A stretch of DNA of 63,644 nt, the filler included, from Folioceros fuciformis (Eukaryota), in NCBI GenBank assembly GCA_049999805.1. It is 23 parts of 23 records of this genome, joined end to end, with 100 filler letters (N's around TTAATTAATTAA, not from the genome) between each part and the next. Parts side by side here need not be neighbours in the genome. Positions count along the whole stretch, not along the records: positions 13,095 to 15,000 come from JBNGIO010000469.1; positions 15,101 to 16,726 come from JBNGIO010000470.1; positions 16,827 to 18,765 come from JBNGIO010000471.1; positions 18,866 to 20,848 come from JBNGIO010000472.1; positions 20,949 to 22,427 come from JBNGIO010000473.1; positions 22,528 to 24,887 come from JBNGIO010000474.1; 17 more parts are not named here. One strand, given 5' to 3'. Position numbers and translations under genes: made by a program. Below the pieces are notes generated by a model that made no database searches, was not told the origin of the DNA, and saw only the letters and a list, made by a program, of their open reading frames with translations. Below, one piece after another: positions 13,095-23,814 of this stretch (its first letter is position 1; each line of letters begins with the position of its first letter).

Positions 13095-15000
13095 TGTCAA
13101 TGACGGAGGTGGAGGGCATTGGTATGGCATGGGGCTAAATGGCAAGAAGAGGGGAGGGGGGCTAAGCGCATGAACTTGCATGAGCGTATAGCCGCAGATG
13201 CCTGGCCAATGGGGGAAGGCGTGTGCGTTGGAAGGTAGAAGGCATGTAAAACCCTAAACCCCGAGCAGGAAAGGCAGAGAATGGGCGGCGAGAGATTTGG
13301 CTAGAGTGGTGGCAGTCGAGGAAACATCTTTCAAGTGGCCTCCACACAAGTTTTTTCACATGCATCTGTCAATTGTCTGGTTTGGTTTTGGCTTTCAAAC
13401 TCGCCTACATGCCAAAGGGGATGCATAACCCTTGTGTTTGTAAAAAAACCTAGAGAGAAGGAGCATGTCCCCTTTGGTATGCCATACATAATTGGTGTAG
13501 CTAAATAAATTTTTTCTCCTACATATAATTTTATGTAGTCTCCATGTGGCCCAATTGTAAAAGAAATTTGTAAGTCATTAGAATGTCCCAAACTCACACA
13601 TCCAAATTATGCAATATGAACAATTAGGGTTGGATGGACTTGGGTATGGAATACCGATAAGGTCATATGTTGTGTTACACAAAGTTTTGCCGCTCTGTAT
13701 ACGATCCGAAGTTTTCAACGTAACAATCTTGTCCGCATCGGCGCGATGTGGCCATAAACGTGTCCCGATGGAGACAACAACTGATACACAAAATTCTTTC
13801 TGCCAACTATGGCAGAGTGGCGTGCAATGTAGCCAAGTGTGACTACTTGGGAGGGTGCGGGGCAGGGAGCCGGCGAGTGTTGTAGGCTAAGGGAGCAAGT
13901 GCGCGGGCCTCATTGCTGCAGGCCAAGTGAGTAGGGAGTGGGCATGTTTGGTGCAGGCCAAGTGAGCAAGGAGCGAGCCTGTTTGGTACAAGCCAAGTGA
14001 GCAGGGAGCGAGCCTGTTTGGTACAAGCCAAGTGAGCAGGGAGCGGGCACACCCGAGGTCCCCTCATACAGCACAATGGCCAGGAAATCACTGCCTCTAG
14101 CACGCGTTGTGCACTAGTAGCGTGTGCGCAGCGAGGACAGGAAGAGAATCGGGAAGCTCCCGATTCTCTTCCTGACATGCAGTGCCAGAAACTTAAGAAA
14201 ACCTCTATGTCCCTTTCGGTCCACAAAGAGGTAAGAGATATTTAAAAAAAATTTGCTATATGATGTATACGTAGGGTTGGATGATGTGGCAAGGTAGGGT
14301 ATAGGAATATTCCTTAGATGCCACGAAATATTCGCATATAACATAGATATTCCAACAAAAAAAACATGAGTCCCTATCCGCATCGGTATTCCATACGTGG
14401 GTAAACATGTTGACTTTCTATTGCCACTTTCTCTTGGACCACCTCACAAAACAACCTTGCCCTAACTTAGCTCACGAATGGCATACCAAAGGGGACACTA
14501 TCACACTATACATTTTTTAATGCTTTCCCATGGGGTATCTACCCAAATATTGCCTTTTGATGCCTATATTTTTCCAAACCGACCAAGCCAACCGAATCGG
14601 ACCGAACCGGACTCAGACAAAACACCACAACTCTTCGTTTTCATGTTACACTCTATAAATTTGGCATACAGGTTGATGTTCCCTAGGGTTGGATCTTCAC
14701 AGAATATTCTTTGTGACCCCGTTTGTTTTTTTTCGCGAGGTTGTTAGTGACGAAGGTGGAGGGCATTGGTATGGCATGGGGCTGGATGGCAGGAAGGGGG
14801 GAAGGGGGCGGCTCAGCGCATGAACTTGCATGAGTGTATAGCCGCAAATGCCTGGCTAATAGGGGAAGGCGTGTGCATCGGAAGGTTGAACTTGCATGAG
14901 TGTATAGTCGCAGATGCCTGGCTAATAGGGGAAGGTGTGTGCGTCGGAAGGTAGAAGGCATGCAAAACCCTGAGCTTGCATGAGCATATAACCGCAGATG
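13095..15000. repeat. Composite non-coding repeat (direct flanks, diverged inverted motifs, central ~35-bp tandem array)
   Basis: 13095-13260 recurs at ~14745-14990. ~13466-13485 is the reverse complement of 14478-14497. GCCAAGTGAGCAGGGAGCGAGCCTGTTTGGTACA-type units at ~13915-14050. Confidence 0.7.
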
Positions 15001-15744
15001 NNNNNNNNNNNNNNNNNNNNNNNNNNNNNNNNNNNNNNNNNNNNTTAATTAATTAANNNNNNNNNNNNNNNNNNNNNNNNNNNNNNNNNNNNNNNNNNNN
15101 CTGTCCCGACTCGAGATCAAAACTTGCAGCAGTTCCGATCCTGCAGTGGCGTTGGCAAGCTGCACCCCAACAGCTCACGAGAAGCCTGGCTGAATCTGCA
15201 TCAGTTCATTGTGATCTCCAACACCTGGTGTTGACAGCCTAGCCGGCATCCCTACCTGCAACTTGGATCCAAAGAAGAAACAGGGAGGGGAGATTGAGAA
15301 GGAAGGGAGGAAGAAGAAGAAGGGGGGACAATGGAGGAAAATGGAGGAGGAAGGGAGAAAGGGAGGGAGGAAGAGAGGGAAGGGAGCAGCCACAGGCCGT
15401 GCCCTACCTGCCACAGCCCTTGCCCTAGGTAGGGCACGGCCTGCATGGCTGTTTAGGCCAGCCTGACAATCAGCCAGCCTGACATCGGACCCTGACATAC
15501 CCCAGATTCTCGTTCCTGTGTTCAAACCATTATTTTATTATTTAATGTTATTATGTTATTATTTAATCATTTAATACTATATATCTCTAATTAATAATAA
15601 ACCAATCACCAAGCCTAGATTCAAACTTTCCCAACCCTATGGCCCGGTACCAGACCTAAACCTTCCCAAGTCTGGGACCAAACCTATACCCACTCTAATA
15701 ACCAAACCAACTATTTCTTGGTCAATTAACCTAATTAGTGCAAA

Positions 15745-15876
15745 GAAAAATTGGAAAAATAACCAAAAAATAAAGGAAATTTAGGGAAAATAAGTAGAAA
15801 AAGAAAACCAAACCATACCCCTATTAACCCTTTTTCAACCAAAACAAACCACTACCCCAAATTTTGGAGGTTCACA
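15745..15876. repeat. Terminus of dispersed LTR-like repeat family B (ends ...TTTGGAGGTTCACA)
   Basis: Closely matches ~53210-53332 and, inverted, 18206-18260. All copies end at the same TG/CA boundary with different flanks. Confidence 0.8.
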
Positions 15877-16488
15877 CTTGACAACCACATTAGTGACACA
15901 ACCCTCTTCCTCTCTTGTGAAAAAAATGGCTGGCTCTAAGCAAAAACCGGTGGTGCAAAGTACACAAACCCTCCTTGTATGGAAGAAACCTACACACTTA
16001 GAAATAATAGCAGACCACATTGGTTTCTACATCCATATGGTTAATTAGCTAGACCTAGCAATTAGTGAAGGTGGTTAGCTAGGCTAGTGAAAGGACACAA
16101 TCCTTATGAGACCACCAATAAAAGCTCACCTATGAACACACTTGATTCATATTGGAAAGTTTTGGATCGTAAGATTGTGTTCTATTAGGCGGCAACGCAC
16201 ATGTCTTACGTCACCGCATCATGAACAGTTACAACCGTAGTATTGGCTGTATTAGGTCATGTTCATTAAAACCTACTTAACCTAATGATTGGACCTTAAC
16301 TATACTATACATGTATGTATTGTTTCACTCCCACCCAGGTTAGGTTAGGTATAGTTATATAGTTTTAATAACTATCCTATTGGCAAGCTACCAGACCTAA
16401 GAAATGTATGCTACCTAAAACCTAGCTAAAGAAGCTGAAAAAGGAGCATAAGAAACTTTTCAGTCCTAGCTTGCTGTTTAGTCTAGAG

Positions 16489-16726
16489 TTACTCTTTGTC
16501 TTCGCCTTCGCGTTCACGGAAGTGCACCTCGCGGCTGCTGCTAGTTGCAGCTAGATTTGATTGCCAAATCTGCTTGTCGGATGCCGCCCTAAGTCCCATG
16601 TGCGCATGCCTAGGGATGCCCGAACACCTTGGATCCCCAGCCCTGTGCCCTGGATCCTTACACACTTGACAAAACGGCACAAATCCAAGTTGCCTACGTG
16701 GCTCTGTGCACTCGTTAGCATAGTGT
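16489..16726 (-). mobile_element. Possible retrotransposon gag zinc-knuckle remnant
   Basis: CxxC/CKDPGHRAGDPRC cluster near the contig end. No other domains visible. Confidence 0.35.
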
Positions 16727-17634
16727 NNNNNNNNNNNNNNNNNNNNNNNNNNNNNNNNNNNNNNNNNNNNTTAATTAATTAANNNNNNNNNNNNNNNNNN
16801 NNNNNNNNNNNNNNNNNNNNNNNNNNAAGGATTTATTTTCATTCTCTATAAATCATATTCAGCTCAAAATGCTAAATAAAAAGTATATGAGCAAAGACAA
16901 TATTTTTCTACCTTTTCTTTCATTTTCTTTATACGGACCTCTACTCCAATGTTTATCTAGTTTTCTTTATACCTTTTTCCCCCCCTTTTTGTGCCCTCTC
17001 ATTTTGCATATGTTAGGGATACTCAAGTGTTGCCACATATTTGGAAAGTGATTCCAAGGGTTGAGGCTAAGTAAGTAGGATTCCATAGGGACTTGTTCAA
17101 ACCACCTTAAGAGACTTAAACTTAGGCTTGCATCTTCCACTAATATTGTCTACCTAACCTAATATCATATTTCTCTTATGAAACCATTGATAATTTGGAC
17201 TAACAAGAGGCTTTCTATGTAGTAAAGCAGTAAGCTGTGTAGATATTTGATTGTAGATATCACCATTGTCATAAAGATTATTTGGTTGAAAGCAAAGACA
17301 AATTTGGTAAATCATCCCACATCATATCTTTTTCCTCGCATCTTGTTGATTGCAACTAGTATTCTAACTCTCTCCAGCAAAATCTTACCTCAGTTAGTCC
17401 TCTCCCTAGTGCGAATGTGATAAAGAAAGACTTGCAAGTGTTCTAATAGGTACTCATGCTTGGCCTAAGCTCAGAAGTGCACCCACCACTTTGCTACTTC
17501 TTATAGCATGAGATCTTTAAGCTGCATCTTCTAGTCATGTTATGTTTTGGCAACCTCTTTTCCTATGACACTAAAATCTTGGGTGGTGTGCACATATTGC
17601 CTTTGTCGTGCTTGGGAAAGAACTACTTTTCAGT

Positions 17635-18020
17635 AGGGACTCCCTAAGCCTCTTATACCAAGGACTCCTAGAGTCCCAATTGACCATACCATATGAGAAA
17701 CTCTAGGAGTCCTAACTGAAGATACTACACTTAGGACTCAAGGAGTCCTAATTGAAAATACTACACTCGAGACTTTGGGAGTCTTGATTGAAGACACTAC
17801 ACACAAGACTCTACACTACACTCAAGACTCTAAACGTCCATCAGATGCTACACTCAAGACTCCCTATCAAGACTCCCTAGAGTACCGAGTATGGGATTGC
17901 CACTTGGGACTCCCTTGGTCCCAAGTATGGGATTGCCAATAGGGACTTCCCAGAGTCTCGAAAATGGGATTGCCAGTCAGTACTCCCTGAGTATGGGATT
18001 GCCAATAGAAACTCCCTAAG
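17635..18020. repeat. Degenerate ~35-bp tandem repeats in two opposite-facing blocks
   Basis: GGAGTCCTAATTGAAGATACTACACT-type units at 17635-17880, then GAGTATGGGATTGCCAATAGGGACTCCC-type units at 17885-18020. Confidence 0.6.
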
Positions 18021-18403
18021 TACTTAATTGTGAGGCTTAAGAAAGCTCTTCTATTAAATGGCATGTAAGTGATGAGGACCTCAATACAATTGTCATTTGT
18101 GGTTAGGTAAGACAAATATGCTATGCAAAACAACATATAAATTTCTTCTAAGCATGAGCGTACAAATAGAGTTTTAAAGGTCCATAACTCACTTAGGTAG
18201 AAATATGTAAACCTCCAAAGTTTGGGATAGTGGTTTGTTTTGGTTGAAAAAGGGTTAATTATTAATGGGATTAACCCAACATGGATTATTTAACCAGGCA
18301 CAGGTTAGTTAACCAAGGTTAGTCATAGACCTTTAAAATACCAATTTTGTAATACTTTGATAATTATTCAATTCTAGATTTTCATGCTTCCGCAACTTTA
18401 ACA

Positions 18404-18415
18404 TGGTATCAGAGC
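18404..18415 (+). promoter_or_regulatory. tRNA-iMet primer binding site after an LTR end
   Basis: ...GCTTCCGCAACTTTAACA followed directly by TGGTATCAGAGC, the canonical plant PBS. Confidence 0.9.
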
Positions 18416-18865
18416 TATGGTCTTTTGTTTTTCTTTTTAAGACACAAAAATTCCTTGGACTTTGAAAAATGCTGTTGATTATTGGTGAGGGCTTTTCTAG
18501 TCCTTGGTTATTGATATTTGTGCATATATAAGCTGTGTCTATATATGCTTGGGAATATACATCTCATGGAGATGTTTTTGTGTTTAGTTTCTTTTTGAAT
18601 GAGGAATTCAAGGGAAAATTCACTCTAATGTTTGATGATTCTAAGTTGCTGGTTCAATGGCACGAGGTGGGAGGCAGCCCTATGAGGATTTGCTACCTCA
18701 GCTTTTGTGGAGACAGTGCTGTGATCTCAGTAGGCCGGATCGAGTCAGTAGACAGGGCGGCTACCNNNNNNNNNNNNNNNNNNNNNNNNNNNNNNNNNNN
18801 NNNNNNNNNTTAATTAATTAANNNNNNNNNNNNNNNNNNNNNNNNNNNNNNNNNNNNNNNNNNNN

Positions 18866-19508
18866 CGGCTGTACAGTGTCTGGTAGGATCACAAGGTGTA
18901 ATGACCAGGGTGAAGGGGCTTGCCCCTAGCTCTTGATTGTAAAGGATGTGTCTTTCTCTCGACCTGTCCACTCTTGTTCCCTGTTTGGACTAGTGCTGTA
19001 GGCCGGTCATGTTTCATGGCGTCTAGTAAGGTTGTGGGGAGGAGATATCCGGGAGGGGAGTGTGTTCCTTCCTTTCTTTTCTTTGGGGTTAGTCTAGTGA
19101 CTCTTATCGAGTAAGAGGAGTTAGTAGGGAAGTGTAGAAGGTAGTGGTGTTGTTGTTGGTTGCTAGTGTTGGTGTTGGAGTTGGAGCGAGAGAGTGAGTG
19201 AAGTGAGTGAGGGAAGTCATAGATCTGAGAGGTTAGGGTCATTGTAGTGACTGGAGTGAGTTTGTGGGCACCGAGAGAGGTACAGCTGACCGCTGGACAG
19301 TGAGGCCTGTCCTACGCCTGATCGGAGCTGGAGGGGAGCCCTCGAATCCATCATCGAGTCGATTGAGTTCGACCCTCCATCCACAGCAGCAAAGAACCCC
19401 ATCGCTCCTTCGTGGGAATGAAACCCAATATCTCAACGACAGTGGGATAAGTGTGGCCACTAAAGGTGGAACCTGTCGGCAATCAGTGCCCGGGGTTTTG
19501 CCTCCACA
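18866..19508 (-). repeat. Young LTR-like repeat family A, copy 1, inserted in Gypsy RT
   Basis: Starts TGTGGAGGCAAAACCCCGGGCACTGATTGCC. Highly similar to copies at 26955, 46447, 47566 and 62630. Confidence 0.92.
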
Positions 19509-20040
19509 CCACCCATTCCCACAAACATCTATTACCCCAAAAAGCAATCTTCTTCCTATCCTCCTCCTCAATTTCAATTTGGTTAAAGCCACCCCTAAAA
19601 TCCAATGTTGAAAATATATTACATTCACCAATCGCATAAAAAATCTCCTCTAAAGTTCGCATTGGATATCTATCCATAGGCGTCACCTCATTAAGCAGTC
19701 TATAGTCACCACACATCCTCTTTTCTGTCCAATTACCATGCACATCGTTCTTTGGTGGGAGCACCGTAGTTGCTACATACTCTAATTCCGAAGATCTTAT
19801 CAATCCAGCTTCAAGTAGCTCTTGACATTTCTTGACCACAATCTCATTCTCCAATTTACTCAAACGATATGGCCTTCTAAAAACCTTCATAAGTTTTAAG
19901 CCGAATCTTAAACTTAAGAGGCTTGTGCCTGCCCAATTCCTTATTGGCAAAAGCAAATACCAGCCTGCTACTTTCCAAAATCCTTACAAAATCCTCCTGT
20001 TCTCCAAGGTTATCTCATCAGAAATATCCCACTGAAAATC
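19509..20040 (-). mobile_element. Ty3/Gypsy reverse transcriptase, N-terminal part
   Basis: RRPYRLS...LLEAGLIR..., GNWTEKRMCGDYRLLN, DRYPM, FSTLDFRGGFNQI, KIAFWG. Interrupted after EWV by repeat family A. Confidence 0.95.
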
Positions 20041-20319
20041 CATACACTCTTGTTTCTCACATATGTTAACCTCACAGCTTGAGCTAGCCACATTCCCAGC
20101 TTTTCTTTCCGCATCTACCACCTTTGCCCCATATCTGATTTGCTTGCTCTGCTTGCACTCATCACCTAAAACCTCATTATGCTCTCTCATTCTCTTAGTC
20201 TCCCCCCCAACGTCTAGGCCTTCATCTCTTCTTACTTTACCCAAACTACGTCCTTCCAACCTTGTGCTTAAAATAACTTTCCACTTTCTCTTCCACTCTT
20301 GATAAACTTTTATAGACAT

Positions 20320-20848
20320 CATAAGCCATCTGACTGTATTCAAATCCATAGCTTGTCCGAGTTTTTTTATTCCTCTGCTCAAATGTTATACTCTCCACTT
20401 GAGTAGCATTTGTATCAAAACCCATCGCCCTCTCTCTCTCCATGGGCGATGGCACATCCCACACCTTTCTCTTCGTATCAAATATCATCCCAAGCCCTTC
20501 CCCTTTAAATGCATTGGCGCCCTCAAAACTTACAAATGTTGGTAACGCCCTCCTGAGCTCCCCCTTTTTATTTACACAATAAAAAGGCTGTCTATCATCC
20601 GAAGTCACCTGCCTACTCACTCGCCCCTCATCTAATATCTGATCAACTATTAAATCATCATCCCTTCACCACTGACTCACAAGCATCTGCAACAAATGCC
20701 TAGGCATTATGTTATTCCAAAAACAACGATGCCTATGAGCCCTAGATCCAAACTGCACTGCATCCAACTTTATAGGTTCACCCAAATAATACTTGATCTC
20801 CTCAAAATCTCGCCTCAACGCTACTCTTCTATCCATTTGGGAATCCAC
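20320..20848 (-). pseudogene. DNMT3-like C5-cytosine methyltransferase catalytic domain (C-terminal half) in the Gypsy polyprotein
   Basis: PIKLDAVQFGSRAHRHRCFWNN (motif VIII RxRxFW.N), ALPTF, ERERAMGF..NAT (motif IX), QRNKKLGQAMD (motif X, after a 1-nt frameshift in an A run). One TGA at 20666. 5' half lost at the gap. Confidence 0.85.
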
Positions 20849-20948
20849 NNNNNNNNNNNNNNNNNNNNNNNNNNNNNNNNNNNNNNNNNNNNTTAATTAA
20901 TTAANNNNNNNNNNNNNNNNNNNNNNNNNNNNNNNNNNNNNNNNNNNN

Positions 20949-22227
20949 AAGACGTGGACTTACCTTTTGAAAGAGAAGTCTAAGGTGTTCCAGATTTTTA
21001 AGGATTGGAAGACTTTGGTCGAGACCGAATGTGGTGAATGTCTTAAGATGCTTCGAAGTGACAATGGAGGAGAATATGTTTCTTCTCAGTTCCAAAGTTT
21101 TTGTAAAGAGAATGGCAACTCACGATTCCGCACACCTCGCAACAACATGGAGTCGTGGAGCGGAAGATACGGAGCCTTGTGGAAGCAGCCAAGTGCATGT
21201 TGTTTCATAGCGGCTTGCAGGTCAACTTTTAGGGAAGCAGCCAAGTGCATGTTGTTTCATAGTGGCTTGCAGGTCAACTTTTGGGGAGAGGCTGTCATGA
21301 CAGCAACCTATGTGTTGAACAAAGTTTCGACAAAGGCCGTACCCAGTATGAGACCACAGGACGCTTCGTCTGGTATAAAACCTGATATTCGACATTTGAG
21401 GGTTTTCAGTTCCTTGGTCTACGCTTGTATCCCGAAGAAGAGCAGGACCAAATGGGATACTAATGGAACGAAGTGCCTCTTGCTTGGCTATTCAGATGCA
21501 GTGATGAGGAGTTGTATTCACTGTTCATGATATATATATTTTGTTATGGCAATATATAGGGTATATGGTTTATGGTTATGTTATACATTATTATATGTGT
21601 ATACCCTTTCCCTACTAGCCTCCTTGTAGCGCCCTATGTTGCAAGTCAGCCTTTCGCTTAATCTTGAAAGTCCACTTGGATCCTTTGTATTTTGTTATAT
21701 GTATAATAATGTATAATGTAATAATATATTGGGTTGTATATGGCAGCCTCTGCCGCAACCATGGAAGCTATATGGCTTAGGCGATTGCTCAAGAAATGGG
21801 GTTCAAGCAGCAAGGTGCAACACCCATCTTCAATGACAATCAGGGCTATATTTATCTGGCTAAAAGTGCTATTTTCCATGTAAGGGCTAAGCACATCGAA
21901 GTTAAGCATCACTTCATTAGGGAGAAAGTCCAGCCAAAGGAAATAGTTTTAGTTTATTATCCTACAGAGGACATGCCCGCCGATATACTTACGAAAGGTT
22001 TAGCTTTAGACAAGCATATGAAGTTTAGCAAGATGCTAGGGTTAATCGAGTAAGTCACGTATAGAATAAGTGATAGATGTGTTGAGTGGGAGTGTTAGAA
22101 AACCCATATTGTTTAGAGTTTGTGTGCACTACATCTAGGACTATATATGTAAGCATAGGCTATTGCTCTAAATGCACTAAACTGAGGCTCTTACTTGGGG
22201 CTTATCTGGGATATTGTGTTTCTAACA
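20949..22227 (+). mobile_element. Internally deleted Ty1/Copia (integrase, RNase H end, PPT, 135-bp 3' LTR)
   Basis: LRSDNGGEY, FWGEAVMTATYVLN, then RAKHIEVKHHFIRE...ADILTK (to 22053). RT absent. PPT TGAGTGGGAG, then LTR 22093-22227 with TGTTAGAA...TTCTAACA termini. Confidence 0.9.
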
Positions 22228-22232
22228 TGGCA

Positions 22233-22427
22233 TACGAAGTCTACCAATAGTACTTGGTATACTACGAAGTCTACCAATAGTACTTGGTATACTACGAAGT
22301 CTACCAATAGTACCAAGCACAGAGTCGAAGCAGGGAGTCGGAGTTGGTTTGATCAATCAAGTTGGAGTTGGTTTGATCAGTCAAGTTGGAGTTGGTTTGA
22401 TCAATCAAGTTGGAGTTGGTTTGATCA
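22233..22427. repeat. Two adjacent tandem repeats (30-bp x~2.7, 24-bp x~3.7)
   Basis: TACGAAGTCTACCAATAGTACTTGGTATAC units at 22233-22313. GGAGTTGGTTTGATCAATCAAGTT units at 22340-22427 running into the gap. Confidence 0.95.
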
Positions 22428-22638
22428 NNNNNNNNNNNNNNNNNNNNNNNNNNNNNNNNNNNNNNNNNNNNTTAATTAATTAANNNNNNNNNNNNNNNNN
22501 NNNNNNNNNNNNNNNNNNNNNNNNNNNTTTCTTCTCATTTCATTTCTAGGTATTTTATATTGTATTATATAATATTTATTTAAATAATAACACATTCCTA
22601 AAGTTTTAAAGAAGAAATTAATTAAAAAAAGATAATTC

Positions 22639-23814
22639 ATGTATCTAAGAGGAAATTGGAAGGAAATGGAACCAGCAAATGAGGATAATGATGATTGTAT
22701 TCTATGTACAGAATTGCTTGTAAATGAGTTGTGGGTGTGTTTGCATCCCTGTGGCCATAGTTTCCATGCATCTTGCATAGCTAAGTGGTTTTTTAGTAAG
22801 GTGGAAGTGGATGTAGATGCACCCAAGCCTGAACCAAAATTTGAAAGACGATGTTGCATTTGCCGAGGTAAGTGGAGCTCAAGTGGATCCCCACAACAAG
22901 TTGAGAATGTAAATAATAAAATGGAAGGTACTAACGCAGATGTAGAGCTTGAGCTAAACAAACTTATTGATGCACATAGAAAGAAAGTAATAAAGTTGAT
23001 AGAAGAACAAAAGGAAACAAGTAAACAAATAGCAGTGAACCAAGAATCAAATCCAATCAATGAACATGAAGATGAGTGTCCATTATGCAATGAATCATTT
23101 TCCATGGAGCATTGGTGCAGAATGAATCCTTGCATGCACGGCTTCCATGTGAGTTGCTTGTCAGACTACATCATGAGCTTACCTGCCCATACATTACCCA
23201 CCATTTATTGTCCCTTGGAACAATGCAATCAAATATTCTACTTTCAACAACCAATGAGGTGGTTGGGTTTTGATTTTGCTATCCGCCCACATATTCCTGA
23301 ACATTACACAGAGTTGATCGGAGATGAGGGTGATTCATTAGAAGTGGAAGTGGACAAGTTTTGGGCCATCTTATTTTCTCTTTTTGTGCAGCAAAGAGAT
23401 GTAGAGGTGGATTCCCTGGTGAAGAAAGTACATGATGATCCTGAGGAACTATGGAAAGAGTTCAAAAACATTGGAAAGTTTTCACATCTTGAGCTACAAC
23501 AAATTTGCTTCTCTTGTGGATATCCGTTGGCATGTAATTCATGGATGCAAACTTCGTGTGGTCACTCATTTCATTTGAGATGTCTGAGTCAGATCTTAAG
23601 ACGGGATAGAACATGTCCTGTATGTAATCTAAACCTTATGAATGCTCATGTTCAACCTTGTGAGGCTGTGTGGACACCTTTTACAACGAAGATCAATGGA
23701 AACAAACAAGAAATACGAGCACTCATTTTGTGGTGGTTAGAAGATATATGGAGAATGGAGACGCTTGGAAGGGATGAAGCTTTGATTAGAGGACAACTTC
23801 CAAGGCAAGCATGA
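22639..23814 (+). CDS. Intronless 391-aa protein with three RING-H2-type zinc fingers (putative E3 ligase)
   Basis: CILC..CGHSFHASC..CCIC; CPLC..CMHGFHVSC..CPLEQC; CFSC..CGHSFHLRC..CPVC. Uninterrupted ORF. Confidence 0.85.
   Translation: MYLRGNWKEMEPANEDNDDCILCTELLVNELWVCLHPCGHSFHASCIAKWFFSKVEVDVDAPKPEPKFERRCCICRGKWSSSGSPQQVENVNNKMEGTNADVELELNKLIDAHRKKVIKLIEEQKETSKQIAVNQESNPINEHEDECPLCNESFSMEHWCRMNPCMHGFHVSCLSDYIMSLPAHTLPTIYCPLEQCNQIFYFQQPMRWLGFDFAIRPHIPEHYTELIGDEGDSLEVEVDKFWAILFSLFVQQRDVEVDSLVKKVHDDPEELWKEFKNIGKFSHLELQQICFSCGYPLACNSWMQTSCGHSFHLRCLSQILRRDRTCPVCNLNLMNAHVQPCEAVWTPFTTKINGNKQEIRALILWWLEDIWRMETLGRDEALIRGQLPRQA

Noticed and set aside
16827-17620. Possible degenerate TE coding sequence
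   Set aside because: No motif could be recovered with confidence.
19217-19402. Recurrent MGFLAAVDGGSD... ORFs (also 27061, 46341, 47460, 62665)
   Set aside because: Translations of the family A repeat. Start and length vary between copies and no domain is recognised.
20320-23814. DNMT, Copia integrase and triple-RING as one linked system
   Set aside because: They lie on three different contigs separated by artificial linkers, so linkage is unsupported.
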